A stretch of 32,000 nt of DNA from the NCBI GenBank assembly GCA_963704755.1, contig OY969938.1, forward strand, positions 4,140,001 to 4,172,000, in the 5' to 3' direction. Position 1 is the first letter of the stretch; each line of letters opens with the position of its first letter. The notes below the pieces were generated by a model that was not told where the DNA came from, did no database searches, and was given only the letters and a program-made list of their open reading frames with translations. The stretch is from an uncultured Chloroflexia bacterium (GTDB lineage: Bacteria > Chloroflexota > Anaerolineae > Anaerolineales > Anaerolineaceae). This document shows, in pieces, positions 16,188-24,764 of the stretch. The position numbers and the translations under genes were made by a program.

Positions 16188-17579
16188 TTATGGTAAAATA
16201 GGGAATAATATATGATTGGTTATAATTGTAAAAATAGCGCTTGTCAATGCAATAAATATACTAATAAAACTTAAAAGTAGGAGCAACAAATCTATTGTGC
16301 GTTGGTTGTTGCTAATTTTTCTTTGTGCTACCAAAGTAATTTTCTCATCGAGCAAACGCATCTTTTTATAGATGGTTTCTGCTCTATCAGGCAAATTCAT
16401 TTCCTTAGAGAGGTTATCTAAAAATTCCAATGAGAATCCATGAATAATGAAAGCAGTAATATCTCCTGTTTTCTCTAACTCTAGTATAAGGTTTTTCAAT
16501 TCAATAGCGACTGTAATGTCATCATTAAAGGTAGTCGAGGAATATTCTGATACAAAGCGTTCAATAATTGAGTTTAGTGTATGAGTGAATATTAATTGCG
16601 CATTTAATAGTTCGCAAATTATTTTTATGTTATTAACCAATATTGTCAACTCATTTATACGCCAGTAATCGGGTAGCACAATTAGGGCTGCATTGTTGTC
16701 ACAAATAAATAACTCATCGTCTTTATAAGACAACGAGTTACATATCACGCGATCAGAATAATTCTTGTTATACTCTCCAAACCATTTCGCCGAGTTTAAT
16801 ATACCTAATAATTCTTTTTTGGAGCCATCAGTTAGGTCACCACTTTCAAAACAATCCTCAACTTTGCTTCCTTCGAAATCGCTAGGGTTTACGACTAAAA
16901 AGCGGAAAGGCCTTCCATGTGGAATTATTGAATCGCGTGCATTAAGATCACAGGTAGTTAATTTGATACGTTTAAGAAAATAATTGGATTTATTTATGGT
17001 TACAAAGAACTCTGAAATATCAAAAATAAGCTTTCGAAAAAAGCTATCTAAGTATTGTTGAAGTTTTTGCATTATCAAAATGAATTCATTTGCTTCAAAA
17101 ACATTATGGCTATTTTCAGGATCGCGAAAGCTGAAACTAATTGACATAACACCATTACGAAATAAATTTAGACCTATGTTTTCATACTGAAATAGAGGCT
17201 TGCTTGTATCAGGGACGTCAAGACTGATGGTCGATGCATTAATCGTTAATCCTTTATCATAATCGAATCCATTTATTCCTTCTTTCAATTCATACAATGT
17301 AGGCATATATTGGTCGTAAAAAACAGGTGAAAAAATGTTCTTTCCACCGTTTTGAATAACCTTTTCTTTTGTTTTTTGAAGCAAATCTCCACCGGAATTA
17401 GACGTTTTTGGTATAAATGATCCGATCTTTATGCTGTTTCTCGAAAGGCTCCCCCATACATCAAAAAACATTCTGTTGTTAGATCTCATTGATCTAAATT
17501 TGTCCAATGAAGAATCTTTAACGAAGATACCGAAATCAAATGCATACATGAACGTAATGTTGAATTTTGAATATTTCAT
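16188..17579 (-). CDS. 463-aa orphan protein: large soluble N-terminal region, helical stalk, C-terminal hydrophobic anchor
   Basis: Long uninterrupted ORF in about 30% GC DNA, where random stops are frequent. GGGGTGG lies 4-5 nt before the ATG. It ends 44 bp upstream of the radical SAM gene on the same strand. The C-terminus IDLLLLLLSFISIFIALTSAIFTIITNHILFPILP is one long or two short TM segments. I recognise no catalytic motif. Confidence 0.75.
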   Translation of the reverse strand: MKYSKFNITFMYAFDFGIFVKDSSLDKFRSMRSNNRMFFDVWGSLSRNSIKIGSFIPKTSNSGGDLLQKTKEKVIQNGGKNIFSPVFYDQYMPTLYELKEGINGFDYDKGLTINASTISLDVPDTSKPLFQYENIGLNLFRNGVMSISFSFRDPENSHNVFEANEFILIMQKLQQYLDSFFRKLIFDISEFFVTINKSNYFLKRIKLTTCDLNARDSIIPHGRPFRFLVVNPSDFEGSKVEDCFESGDLTDGSKKELLGILNSAKWFGEYNKNYSDRVICNSLSYKDDELFICDNNAALIVLPDYWRINELTILVNNIKIICELLNAQLIFTHTLNSIIERFVSEYSSTTFNDDITVAIELKNLILELEKTGDITAFIIHGFSLEFLDNLSKEMNLPDRAETIYKKMRLLDEKITLVAQRKISNNQRTIDLLLLLLSFISIFIALTSAIFTIITNHILFPILP

Positions 17580-17610
17580 ATTCCACCCCTATTCAAAACT
17601 TGATAAAAAG

Positions 17611-17616
17611 ATTATA
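17611..17616 (-). promoter_or_regulatory. Candidate -10 box for the orphan/radical-SAM operon
   Basis: The complement reads ttgTATAAT, about 32 nt upstream of the ATG at 17579, within a 270-bp AT-rich leader. The -35 is weak (ttctaa). Confidence 0.3.
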
Positions 17617-17864
17617 CAATAAATTTTTGAGTTAGAATTCTTGGAAATTACTTTGAATAAGATTTGGTTGATCCAAATCCAATAGAAGCATATTGTATTA
17701 GATTTTAATGACCCTTCGAAGCTGTCTTTGTTATAGCAAAAATTGGTTTAATGATAAAAAGATTTATCAATGGAAAACATTTGATCTCCTGTCAAGCGGC
17801 TCGCTTTACCTTTTGAGGGCGAAGATTTAGAATAGTTTATCCTTTTTAATCAGTGGAGTTGACT

Positions 17865-18299
17865 ATGGGTAAGGGTTTCGAAAAACACATCATCGAAGCG
17901 GAGAACGCGCCGCAGGCTATTGGACCCTATTCGGTGGGGGTGATGGCCAGGCACTTCTTGTTTACGGCCGGCCAACTTGGCATCGATCCGGCCAGCGGGG
18001 CGATCGTCGAAGGTGGCATCGAGGCGGAAACCCGCCAGGCATTTACCAACCTGAAGGCCGTCCTGGAAGCAGCCGGCACTTCCCTGGCGAATGTGGTCAA
18101 GACGACCGTTTTCTTGCAGGATATCAATGAGTTTGGCAAGATGAACGAGGTCTACGCCGAGTTCATCGAAGGCGATTACCCGGCTCGTTCCGCTTTTCAA
18201 GTAGCGGCGCTGCCTAAGGGTGGCCGGGTCGAGATCGAAGCGGTCGCCCTGGTCCCTTCAACGGACCACCATCACCATCATCATCACGACCACGATTAG
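17865..18299 (+). CDS. ridA: RidA/YjgF/UK114-family reactive-intermediate deaminase with a C-terminal poly-His tail
   Basis: ORF 17853-18299. I prefer the ATG at 17865, with GGAG 8 nt upstream. PYSVGVMARHFLFTAGQLGIDPASG...TTVFLQDINEFGKMNEVYAEF...PARSAFQVAALPKGGRVEIEAVA is classic RidA. The tail is STDHHHHHHHDHD. Confidence 0.85.
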   Translation: MGKGFEKHIIEAENAPQAIGPYSVGVMARHFLFTAGQLGIDPASGAIVEGGIEAETRQAFTNLKAVLEAAGTSLANVVKTTVFLQDINEFGKMNEVYAEFIEGDYPARSAFQVAALPKGGRVEIEAVALVPSTDHHHHHHHDHD

Positions 18300-18317
18300 G
18301 CGCTCAGGCAGGCAGTT

Positions 18318-18998
18318 ATGGCCGCTGAATTGATCCTTCTGGTCGATGATGAGCCCAGCATTATCGAACTGGTGCGTCTGTACCTGGAACGCGAAGGATA
18401 CCGCACGCTCTCAACCGGGGATGGCCTGGCTGCGTTGGTCTCGATCGAAACGAATAAGCCCGCATTGGTTGTCCTGGACGTGATGCTGCCCGGGTTGGAC
18501 GGGCTGGAAGTCTGCCGGCGGATCCGGGCGAAGGACAACCAGGTGGGCATCATCATGCTGACCGCCCGTGATGATGACATCGACAAGATCATTGGGCTGG
18601 AGCTAGGCGCGGATGACTACCTGACCAAGCCGTTCAACCCGCGTGAGCTGGTCGCCAGGGTCAAGGCGGTTTTGCGACGGAACGGGGCAGCTTCACTTGC
18701 CCAGTCAGGCAGCTTGCAGTTTAGTGACCTGGCTATCGACCCCGAACGGCGGGAGGTTCGCGTGGCCGGGCGCTTGATCGAATTACGCACCCAGGAATTC
18801 GAGGTGCTGCTGGCCCTGGTGCAAAACCAGGGCAAAGTGCTGTCGCGCGAACAACTGCTCAACCTGGCCTGGGGGTACGATTTTTTCGGCCAGACCCGAA
18901 CGGTAGACGTCCACATTGCCCAAATCCGCCGCAAATTGAACGGAAGCCAGTTGAGAATCGAAACGGTGACCGGGATCGGGTATAAGCTGGTAAAGTAA
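18318..18998 (+). CDS. OmpR-family response regulator
   Basis: Receiver domain: ILLVDDE and ALVVLDVMLPGLDG. Winged helix: RTVDVHIAQIRRKL...IETVTGIGYKL. Confidence 0.9.
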   Translation: MAAELILLVDDEPSIIELVRLYLEREGYRTLSTGDGLAALVSIETNKPALVVLDVMLPGLDGLEVCRRIRAKDNQVGIIMLTARDDDIDKIIGLELGADDYLTKPFNPRELVARVKAVLRRNGAASLAQSGSLQFSDLAIDPERREVRVAGRLIELRTQEFEVLLALVQNQGKVLSREQLLNLAWGYDFFGQTRTVDVHIAQIRRKLNGSQLRIETVTGIGYKLVK

Positions 18999-20413
18999 TG
19001 TTCAAATCGCTGCGAAGCCGGTTGTGGTTGAGCTATGCTGCCATTATCCTGATCGTGCTGGTCTCCTTTACGGCAGCGATCACCATCACCCTGTTTTCCA
19101 GTCCCTATATTTATCGCAACACGGTCGCCCAGATGGAGATCAACCTGACGTCCCTGGCCGCCCAGGCCGGACAAAACCCGGATGCTTCGCCCGCGACGGA
19201 AGCAGTGCTGCAAACAGCCAGCCAGCAAAACGGCTTCCGCTACCTGATCATCTCGCCGGCCAAAAAAGTTCTGCTGGATACGAGCAGCGAGCCCAGCCTG
19301 GCTTTGCTGCGCATTCGGGTCAAGACGCTGCTTTCCAACGATGCCTACATCGCCGGCTTTTTGCGTGACAACCAGTTGCATATCTGGCTTTTCGCCGGCC
19401 GCAAGCTGGAGAATGGCAACTGGCTGATCGCCACCGAGATCAAGCCCAAACTGGTGCTGTTCAACGTGCTCAAGGACGAGGTATTCGGCCCACTAATTCT
19501 TACAGGCACCGGCAGCCTGTTCCTGGCGATTTTTGTGGCCTGGCTGATGGCGCAGCAAATCTCGGCGCCGCTGAGAAAACTGGCTCGCGGCACGCAGATG
19601 ATCGCCGCCGGGCGTTATCCCCAACTAGAAGAAAAAGGGCCGCTGGAGGTCCATCAACTGGCCCAGGCCTTCAACCGGATGAGCCGCCAGGTGCAGCAGA
19701 GCCAGCAGTCCCAGCGTGATTTTTTGGCCAACGTCTCGCACGAATTGAAAACCCCGCTGACCTCGATCCAGGGTTTCGCCCAGGCCATCCAGGATGGGGC
19801 AGTCAAGGACCCTGAGGCCTTGCAGCAGGCGGCCGGGGTGATTGCTGTTGAAGCGACCCGCATGCACCGCCTGGTCATGGACCTGCTGGCGCTGACCCGC
19901 CTGGAATCGGGCACGGCCGACCTGGTGGAGGAGCCGGTAGATTTAAATTTGCTGCTGCAATCGATTCTGGATAAATTTTCCCTCCAGGCCGAAAAAGCCG
20001 GGATTAAACTGGCAGGCGAGCTCAATGCTCTTCCGGAAACGGTCGGAGATGGTGACCGCTTGGTACAGGTATTTAGTAATTTGGTGGATAACGCGTTAAA
20101 ATATAGCCGTCCTGGTGGAACGGTTATATTGCGGGCGAGGTCAGCGAATGATGATATATTTGTCTCCGTCGTGGATGACGGGATAGGCATCAGCCCGGAA
20201 GAACAGAAAAGGATCTTCGAGCGGTTCTACCAGGTGGACCGGTCCCGTAAAGGCGGGACGGGCCGTGGTGTTGGGCTGGGTTTGGCCATCGCGCAGCAAA
20301 TTATCCTGGCCCACCATGGCGATATTCAGTTAGAAAGTGCTCCCGGTCAAGGCAGCACGTTTATCATCCATTTACCGGTCCAAAAATCCCCATCCCAGGT
20401 GAAAAAGGTTTGA
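18998..20413 (+). CDS. Sensor histidine kinase (2 TM, HAMP, HisKA, HATPase_c)
   Basis: The ATG overlaps the regulator stop (TAATG). H-box FLANVSHELKTPLTSIQGF, N-box FSNLVDNALKYS, G-boxes DDGIGI and GVGLGLAIA. Confidence 0.9.
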   Translation: MFKSLRSRLWLSYAAIILIVLVSFTAAITITLFSSPYIYRNTVAQMEINLTSLAAQAGQNPDASPATEAVLQTASQQNGFRYLIISPAKKVLLDTSSEPSLALLRIRVKTLLSNDAYIAGFLRDNQLHIWLFAGRKLENGNWLIATEIKPKLVLFNVLKDEVFGPLILTGTGSLFLAIFVAWLMAQQISAPLRKLARGTQMIAAGRYPQLEEKGPLEVHQLAQAFNRMSRQVQQSQQSQRDFLANVSHELKTPLTSIQGFAQAIQDGAVKDPEALQQAAGVIAVEATRMHRLVMDLLALTRLESGTADLVEEPVDLNLLLQSILDKFSLQAEKAGIKLAGELNALPETVGDGDRLVQVFSNLVDNALKYSRPGGTVILRARSANDDIFVSVVDDGIGISPEEQKRIFERFYQVDRSRKGGTGRGVGLGLAIAQQIILAHHGDIQLESAPGQGSTFIIHLPVQKSPSQVKKV

Positions 20414-21423
20414 AAATAGAAACGCCGCTCCAATCTGCAACCGTCAGTGTTATTGTGCCTTGCCTGAACGAAGCCAAAACAATCGGCCTGCTCTTGGAGG
20501 CAGTTTACCAGCAGACTTACCCGCGCTCTCTGCTCGAGGTGGTGATTGTCGATGGCCGGTCCACCGATGACACCCGTGGGGCTATCGGGCGTTTTTGCAG
20601 CGAGCACCAGGATTTGGCCATCAAAGTGGTCGATACCCCCCGCCGGGTCATTCCGGCGGCCCTGAACCTGGCTATCGCCGAGTCGCAGGGCGAAATCATC
20701 GTCCGCCTGGACGGTCATTCGATCCCGAATGCGGATTATGTCGAGCGTTCCGTGGCAGGGCTGCAGGCCGGGAAGGGCGATAACGTGGGCGGGGTCTGGA
20801 AGATCCGCCCGGGCAGCCCCTCCTGGATTGGGCGCTCGATCGCCGCGGCGGCCAGCCACCGCCTGGGGGTAGGGGACGCACAGTACCGCTACGCCACCCA
20901 GCCTGGCCTGGTGGATACGGTGCCGTTTGGGGCTTTTTATCGCCAGGTGGTGGAGCGGTTGGGTGGATTTGACGAAAGCTTGCTGACGAACGAAGATTAC
21001 GAGTTCAACACCCGCCTGCGCCAGTCGGGAGGAAAGGTTTACCTGGATCCGCTTATCCAGTCCAGGTACTTTTCGCGGCCGGGTTTGAGTGCGCTGGCGC
21101 GCCAATACTGGCGCTACGGATTCTGGAAATGGCGCATGCTGCGCCGGTACCCAAGTACACTGCGCTGGCGGCAGGCGCTGCCGCCGGTTTTCGTGGCCGG
21201 CACGATTGGGCTGGCCCTTCTGGCGGTGTTCTGGGTATGGGCGCGCTGGCTGCTGCTGGCCGATTTGGTTGCGTATAGCCTTGTTCTGTTTGCCGGCTCA
21301 TTTTTTACTGCGGTGAGAGCGAAAGACCCCGGCCTGGTCATTGGCCTGCCGTTGGCGATCGCCACGATGCATTTTTCTTGGGGGGCCGGCTTTTTAGCCA
21401 GCATCTTTCGTACTCGGGGATAA
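20410..21423 (+). CDS. Glycosyltransferase family 2 (ExoA-like) with C-terminal TM segments
   Basis: The TTG start overlaps the kinase stop (TTGA). VSVIVPCLNEAKTIGLLLEAVYQQTYP...EVVIVDGRSTDDT is a GT2 signature; an NEDYEF motif is also present. Confidence 0.8.
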   Translation: MKIETPLQSATVSVIVPCLNEAKTIGLLLEAVYQQTYPRSLLEVVIVDGRSTDDTRGAIGRFCSEHQDLAIKVVDTPRRVIPAALNLAIAESQGEIIVRLDGHSIPNADYVERSVAGLQAGKGDNVGGVWKIRPGSPSWIGRSIAAAASHRLGVGDAQYRYATQPGLVDTVPFGAFYRQVVERLGGFDESLLTNEDYEFNTRLRQSGGKVYLDPLIQSRYFSRPGLSALARQYWRYGFWKWRMLRRYPSTLRWRQALPPVFVAGTIGLALLAVFWVWARWLLLADLVAYSLVLFAGSFFTAVRAKDPGLVIGLPLAIATMHFSWGAGFLASIFRTRG

Positions 21424-21443
21424 TCTGGGATAATAAAACCAAT

Positions 21444-22868
21444 ATGGATTCGACAACCTCAACGCCTAAACACACCGTCCGGCTGCGCACGGCCGAACGG
21501 CGTTCCACTCTGTTAGCAGGGGATTTCATAATTGCGGTACTTTCGTTATTACTGGCCCTGTATATCTGGTCCAAAGGACCAGAATGGCTAAACTTTTCCT
21601 GGGCTTTCCTCAAGGAGCGCGTGCCGTTTTGGTTTTATCTGCTGCCGTTCCTGTGGATGCTGCTGCTAAGTGAAACCTATAACCCGCGCCACCTGACCTC
21701 GCGGGACCAGACCTACCGTTCGATCAGTATGGCCGCCGGGGTCAGTGTTGTTATTTATCTGTTTTTCTTCTTCCTGGCTGAACCGAACTCTTTGCCGCGG
21801 CGGGGAGTGGCTGCCTTTATTGTGGCGGTGTTCCTGCTGACCTTGTTATGGCGTTTGATCTATATCAAGACATTCACCGCCCCATTATTTATGCGCCGTG
21901 TTTTGATCGTGGGCGCCGGACGCTCCGGTACGGTCCTGGCAAATGTCGTCCACGGCTTATGGCCGCCACCTTTTCACCTGGTCGGCCTGATCGATGATGA
22001 TCCGGAGAAGATCGGCACAGAAGTTGCCGAATCGCCAGTATTGGGCAACAATGATCAACTATTCGAGTTGATCCAGGAGCATGATGTGACCGATTTGGTC
22101 TTCGCCATCACCGGTGCGATGAGCCACAAGCTATCTCAAAACCTGTTGATTGCCGAAGAGCAGGGCATCGAAGTCACTTCGATGGCGGCGTTATATGAGG
22201 AACTCCTCGGACGGATACCGATTTCGCTGTTACAGCCGGATTGGGTGTTGCGCTCCTTCGTCGATCAGGCTCACATGGGCGGCTTTTTTGAATTAAGCAA
22301 ACGCCTGATGGATATCGTGGGCGGGCTGGTCGGCTGCCTGGTTCTGGCGGTCACGATCGTGATTTTTGGCCCGTTGATCGTCCTGGACTCGGGTAAGCCT
22401 ATTTTTTATGAGCAGATCCGCCTGGGGCGTAACGGGAAGCCGTATAATATGCTCAAGTTCCGTACGATGAAACAGGATGCCGAGAAAGATGGCGTGGCGC
22501 GCCCGGCTTCGGTCAACGATGAACGGGCAACCCGCGTGGGCCGCTTTTTACGCAAAACGCACCTGGACGAGCTGCCCCAGGTAATCAATGTCCTCAAGGG
22601 CGAAATGAGCCTGGTAGGACCACGTTCCGAGCGCCCGGAGCTGGTAGAAGAATTACAGATACACATCCCGTTTTATCGGGCCCGTTTGTTCGTCAAACCC
22701 GGCCTGACCGGTTGGGCTCAAATTAATTATGGCTATGCCTCCAACGTCGCCATGAATTCAATCAAGCTTGAATACGACCTATACTATATCAAGCGCCGCA
22801 ACCTGTTTCTCGATCTCGCCGTAATTTTTAGAACGGTTTGGACTGTCGTCGGGCTGCGGGGAAGATAA
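21444..22868 (+). CDS. Polyprenyl-phosphate glycosyl-1-phosphate transferase (WbaP/EpsB-type initiating sugar transferase)
   Basis: ORF 21378-22868. I prefer the ATG at 21444, which avoids overlapping the upstream gene. N-terminal TM helices and a central Rossmann-like VLIVGAGRSG are present. The C-terminal bacterial sugar transferase domain reads KPIFYEQIRLGRNGKPYNMLKFRTM...RVGRFLRKTHLDELPQVINVLKGEMSLVGPRSERPE. Confidence 0.85.
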   Translation: MDSTTSTPKHTVRLRTAERRSTLLAGDFIIAVLSLLLALYIWSKGPEWLNFSWAFLKERVPFWFYLLPFLWMLLLSETYNPRHLTSRDQTYRSISMAAGVSVVIYLFFFFLAEPNSLPRRGVAAFIVAVFLLTLLWRLIYIKTFTAPLFMRRVLIVGAGRSGTVLANVVHGLWPPPFHLVGLIDDDPEKIGTEVAESPVLGNNDQLFELIQEHDVTDLVFAITGAMSHKLSQNLLIAEEQGIEVTSMAALYEELLGRIPISLLQPDWVLRSFVDQAHMGGFFELSKRLMDIVGGLVGCLVLAVTIVIFGPLIVLDSGKPIFYEQIRLGRNGKPYNMLKFRTMKQDAEKDGVARPASVNDERATRVGRFLRKTHLDELPQVINVLKGEMSLVGPRSERPELVEELQIHIPFYRARLFVKPGLTGWAQINYGYASNVAMNSIKLEYDLYYIKRRNLFLDLAVIFRTVWTVVGLRGR

Positions 22869-22871
22869 GGA

Positions 22872-24764
22872 ATGAAAGCGAAGCCAAACATACCTAATCG
22901 GTACATTTTCGCCGGTGACATTGTACTGATCGTAGTTTCGATTTTAGGCGCATTTGTCTTGCGCTTCGAACTCGGCTCGCTGTTCTTTAGCTATTTACCG
23001 GTAGCATACACCATGATCGCCGCCTCGCTGGTGATCAAACCGGTTGTGTATTACCTGTTTGGCCTGTACCGGCGCATGTGGCTGTACGCCAGTGTGGAAG
23101 AGCTGCGCCTGATCGTAGTGGCGGTGACGACCGCTTCTATCCTGGTCAGCCTGGTGATGATGTTTATTTTCGTGCGTGGCTGGACCGGGGCTTACATTCG
23201 TTCGGTGCTGGTCATCGACTGGCTGCTGTCCCTCTTCCTGGTGGGCGGCATCCGCCTGACGATGCGTTTGCTGGCCGAATTCGGTAATCAGGGCAACGAC
23301 TTCAACGCCGGGCGGAGAATCAAGCGGGTGCTGATCGTAGGCGCCGGGGACGCCGGTGCGCTGGTGGTCCGCGAGCTGCAAAAGAACCAGCAATTGAACT
23401 TGCAGCCGATCGGCTTCCTGGACGATAACCCGATTAAACAAAAACAACAGATCCACGGCATCCCGGTAGTCGGCACGCTGAACGACCTGACCCGCGTACT
23501 GGAGCGTCAGCCGGTCGATGAAGTCATTATTGCCATTCCCAGCGCGCCGGGGCGGGTGGTCCGCCTGGTGGCAGACGTAGCCCGGCTGAAGAACGTCTCC
23601 TTCCGGACCATGCCGGGGATCTATGAGCTCCTGGGCGGCCAGGTAAGTGTCAACCGCCTGCGCGAAGTGGACATTTCGGACTTATTACGCCGCCAGCCGG
23701 CCCGCATGCAGGATGAATTGATCGGCGCGGCTTTGTCCGAGAAAGTCGTGCTGGTCACCGGGGCAGGCGGGTCGATTGGCCGGGAATTGTGCCGCCAGAT
23801 CGCCCGCTGGAACCCGAGCAGGCTGGTTATGCTGGGGCATGGCGAAAACAGTATTTTCGAGGCCCTGGTGGAACTGAAAGATGCTTTTCCCAACCTGGAG
23901 ATCAAGCCGGTCATTTGCGATATCCGTGACCGGGCTCGAATGGATGTCATTTTTTGCGAGCACAACCCGCAGGTAGTTTTCCACGCCGCCGCCCATAAGC
24001 ACGTACCTTTGATGGAGGTCAACATCGAGGAGGCGGTCACCAATAACGTGATGGGTACCCGCAACCTGGTGGAAGTCTGCCTGGACCATGATGTCGATCG
24101 TCTGGTCATGATTTCCACCGACAAGGCCATCCGCCCGGCCAATATCATGGGCGCCACCAAGCGCCTGGCCGAAATGCTGGTCATCGATGCGGCCGTCCGC
24201 ACCGGGCGGCAGTATTCGGTGGTGCGCTTCGGCAACGTGTTGGGTAGTCGGGGCAGCGTGGTGCCGTTATTCAAGCAGCAGATCGCCCGCGGCGGCCCGA
24301 TCACCATTACCCATCCGGACATGAAGCGCTATTTCATGACCATCCCGGAAGCGGTTTACCTGGTGTTGCACGCCGCCCGTATGGGCGGTGGAGCCGAGAC
24401 CTATGTGCTCAACATGGGCCAACAGGTACGCATCCTCGACCTGGCCGAGGACTTGATCCGCCTTTCCGGCCTGGAACCGGGCAAGGATATCGAGATCGTC
24501 TTTACAGGCATACGACCGGGCGAAAAGTTGAGCGAAGACCTGTGGGACGAAGGCTTCCAGTTCAAGGCCACCGACCACCCGGATATCTTCCGCCTGGAAA
24601 ACACGGAGCCCTTCGACCACAACCGCCTGATCAGCCTGGTGGACGAACTGGTCAAGCTGGCGCAGGAAGGCGGCTTCCAGGAGATCATCGACCTGATGGA
24701 TGCCAGTATCCCCGGCGCAATTGTTGGCGCTACTCCTTCCCCCGAAATCACTTCGATCATCTAA
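22872..24764 (+). CDS. Membrane-bound nucleotide-sugar 4,6-dehydratase/epimerase (CapD/WbpM/PglF family)
   Basis: Four N-terminal TM helices and two Rossmann motifs (VLIVGAGDAGALV, VLVTGAGGSIGREL). STDKA and MGATKRLAE match the family's catalytic pattern. Confidence 0.85.
   Translation: MKAKPNIPNRYIFAGDIVLIVVSILGAFVLRFELGSLFFSYLPVAYTMIAASLVIKPVVYYLFGLYRRMWLYASVEELRLIVVAVTTASILVSLVMMFIFVRGWTGAYIRSVLVIDWLLSLFLVGGIRLTMRLLAEFGNQGNDFNAGRRIKRVLIVGAGDAGALVVRELQKNQQLNLQPIGFLDDNPIKQKQQIHGIPVVGTLNDLTRVLERQPVDEVIIAIPSAPGRVVRLVADVARLKNVSFRTMPGIYELLGGQVSVNRLREVDISDLLRRQPARMQDELIGAALSEKVVLVTGAGGSIGRELCRQIARWNPSRLVMLGHGENSIFEALVELKDAFPNLEIKPVICDIRDRARMDVIFCEHNPQVVFHAAAHKHVPLMEVNIEEAVTNNVMGTRNLVEVCLDHDVDRLVMISTDKAIRPANIMGATKRLAEMLVIDAAVRTGRQYSVVRFGNVLGSRGSVVPLFKQQIARGGPITITHPDMKRYFMTIPEAVYLVLHAARMGGGAETYVLNMGQQVRILDLAEDLIRLSGLEPGKDIEIVFTGIRPGEKLSEDLWDEGFQFKATDHPDIFRLENTEPFDHNRLISLVDELVKLAQEGGFQEIIDLMDASIPGAIVGATPSPEITSII

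Noticed and set aside
17751-17816. 21-aa ORF (MIKRFINGKHLISCQAARFTF) as a possible RiPP precursor for the radical SAM enzyme
   Set aside because: It is on the opposite strand to the operon and has no RBS. The radical SAM protein also lacks SPASM or RRE features expected of a peptide maturase.
15277-17850. Island as a prophage remnant or integrative element
   Set aside because: There is no integrase, transposase, phage structural gene, tRNA attachment site or recognisable att direct repeat at its two edges. Only the adjacent short repeat modules hint at how it arrived.
24542-24763. N-terminal extensions proposed by the ORF track (24542 for FemAB-1; also 27194, 26232, 21378, 3194, 1045, 17853, and 14136 on the minus strand)
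   Set aside because: The extensions overlap the preceding genes out of frame and are Arg/Pro/Gly-rich. Internal ATGs give canonical family N-termini with SD sequences or stop/start overlaps.
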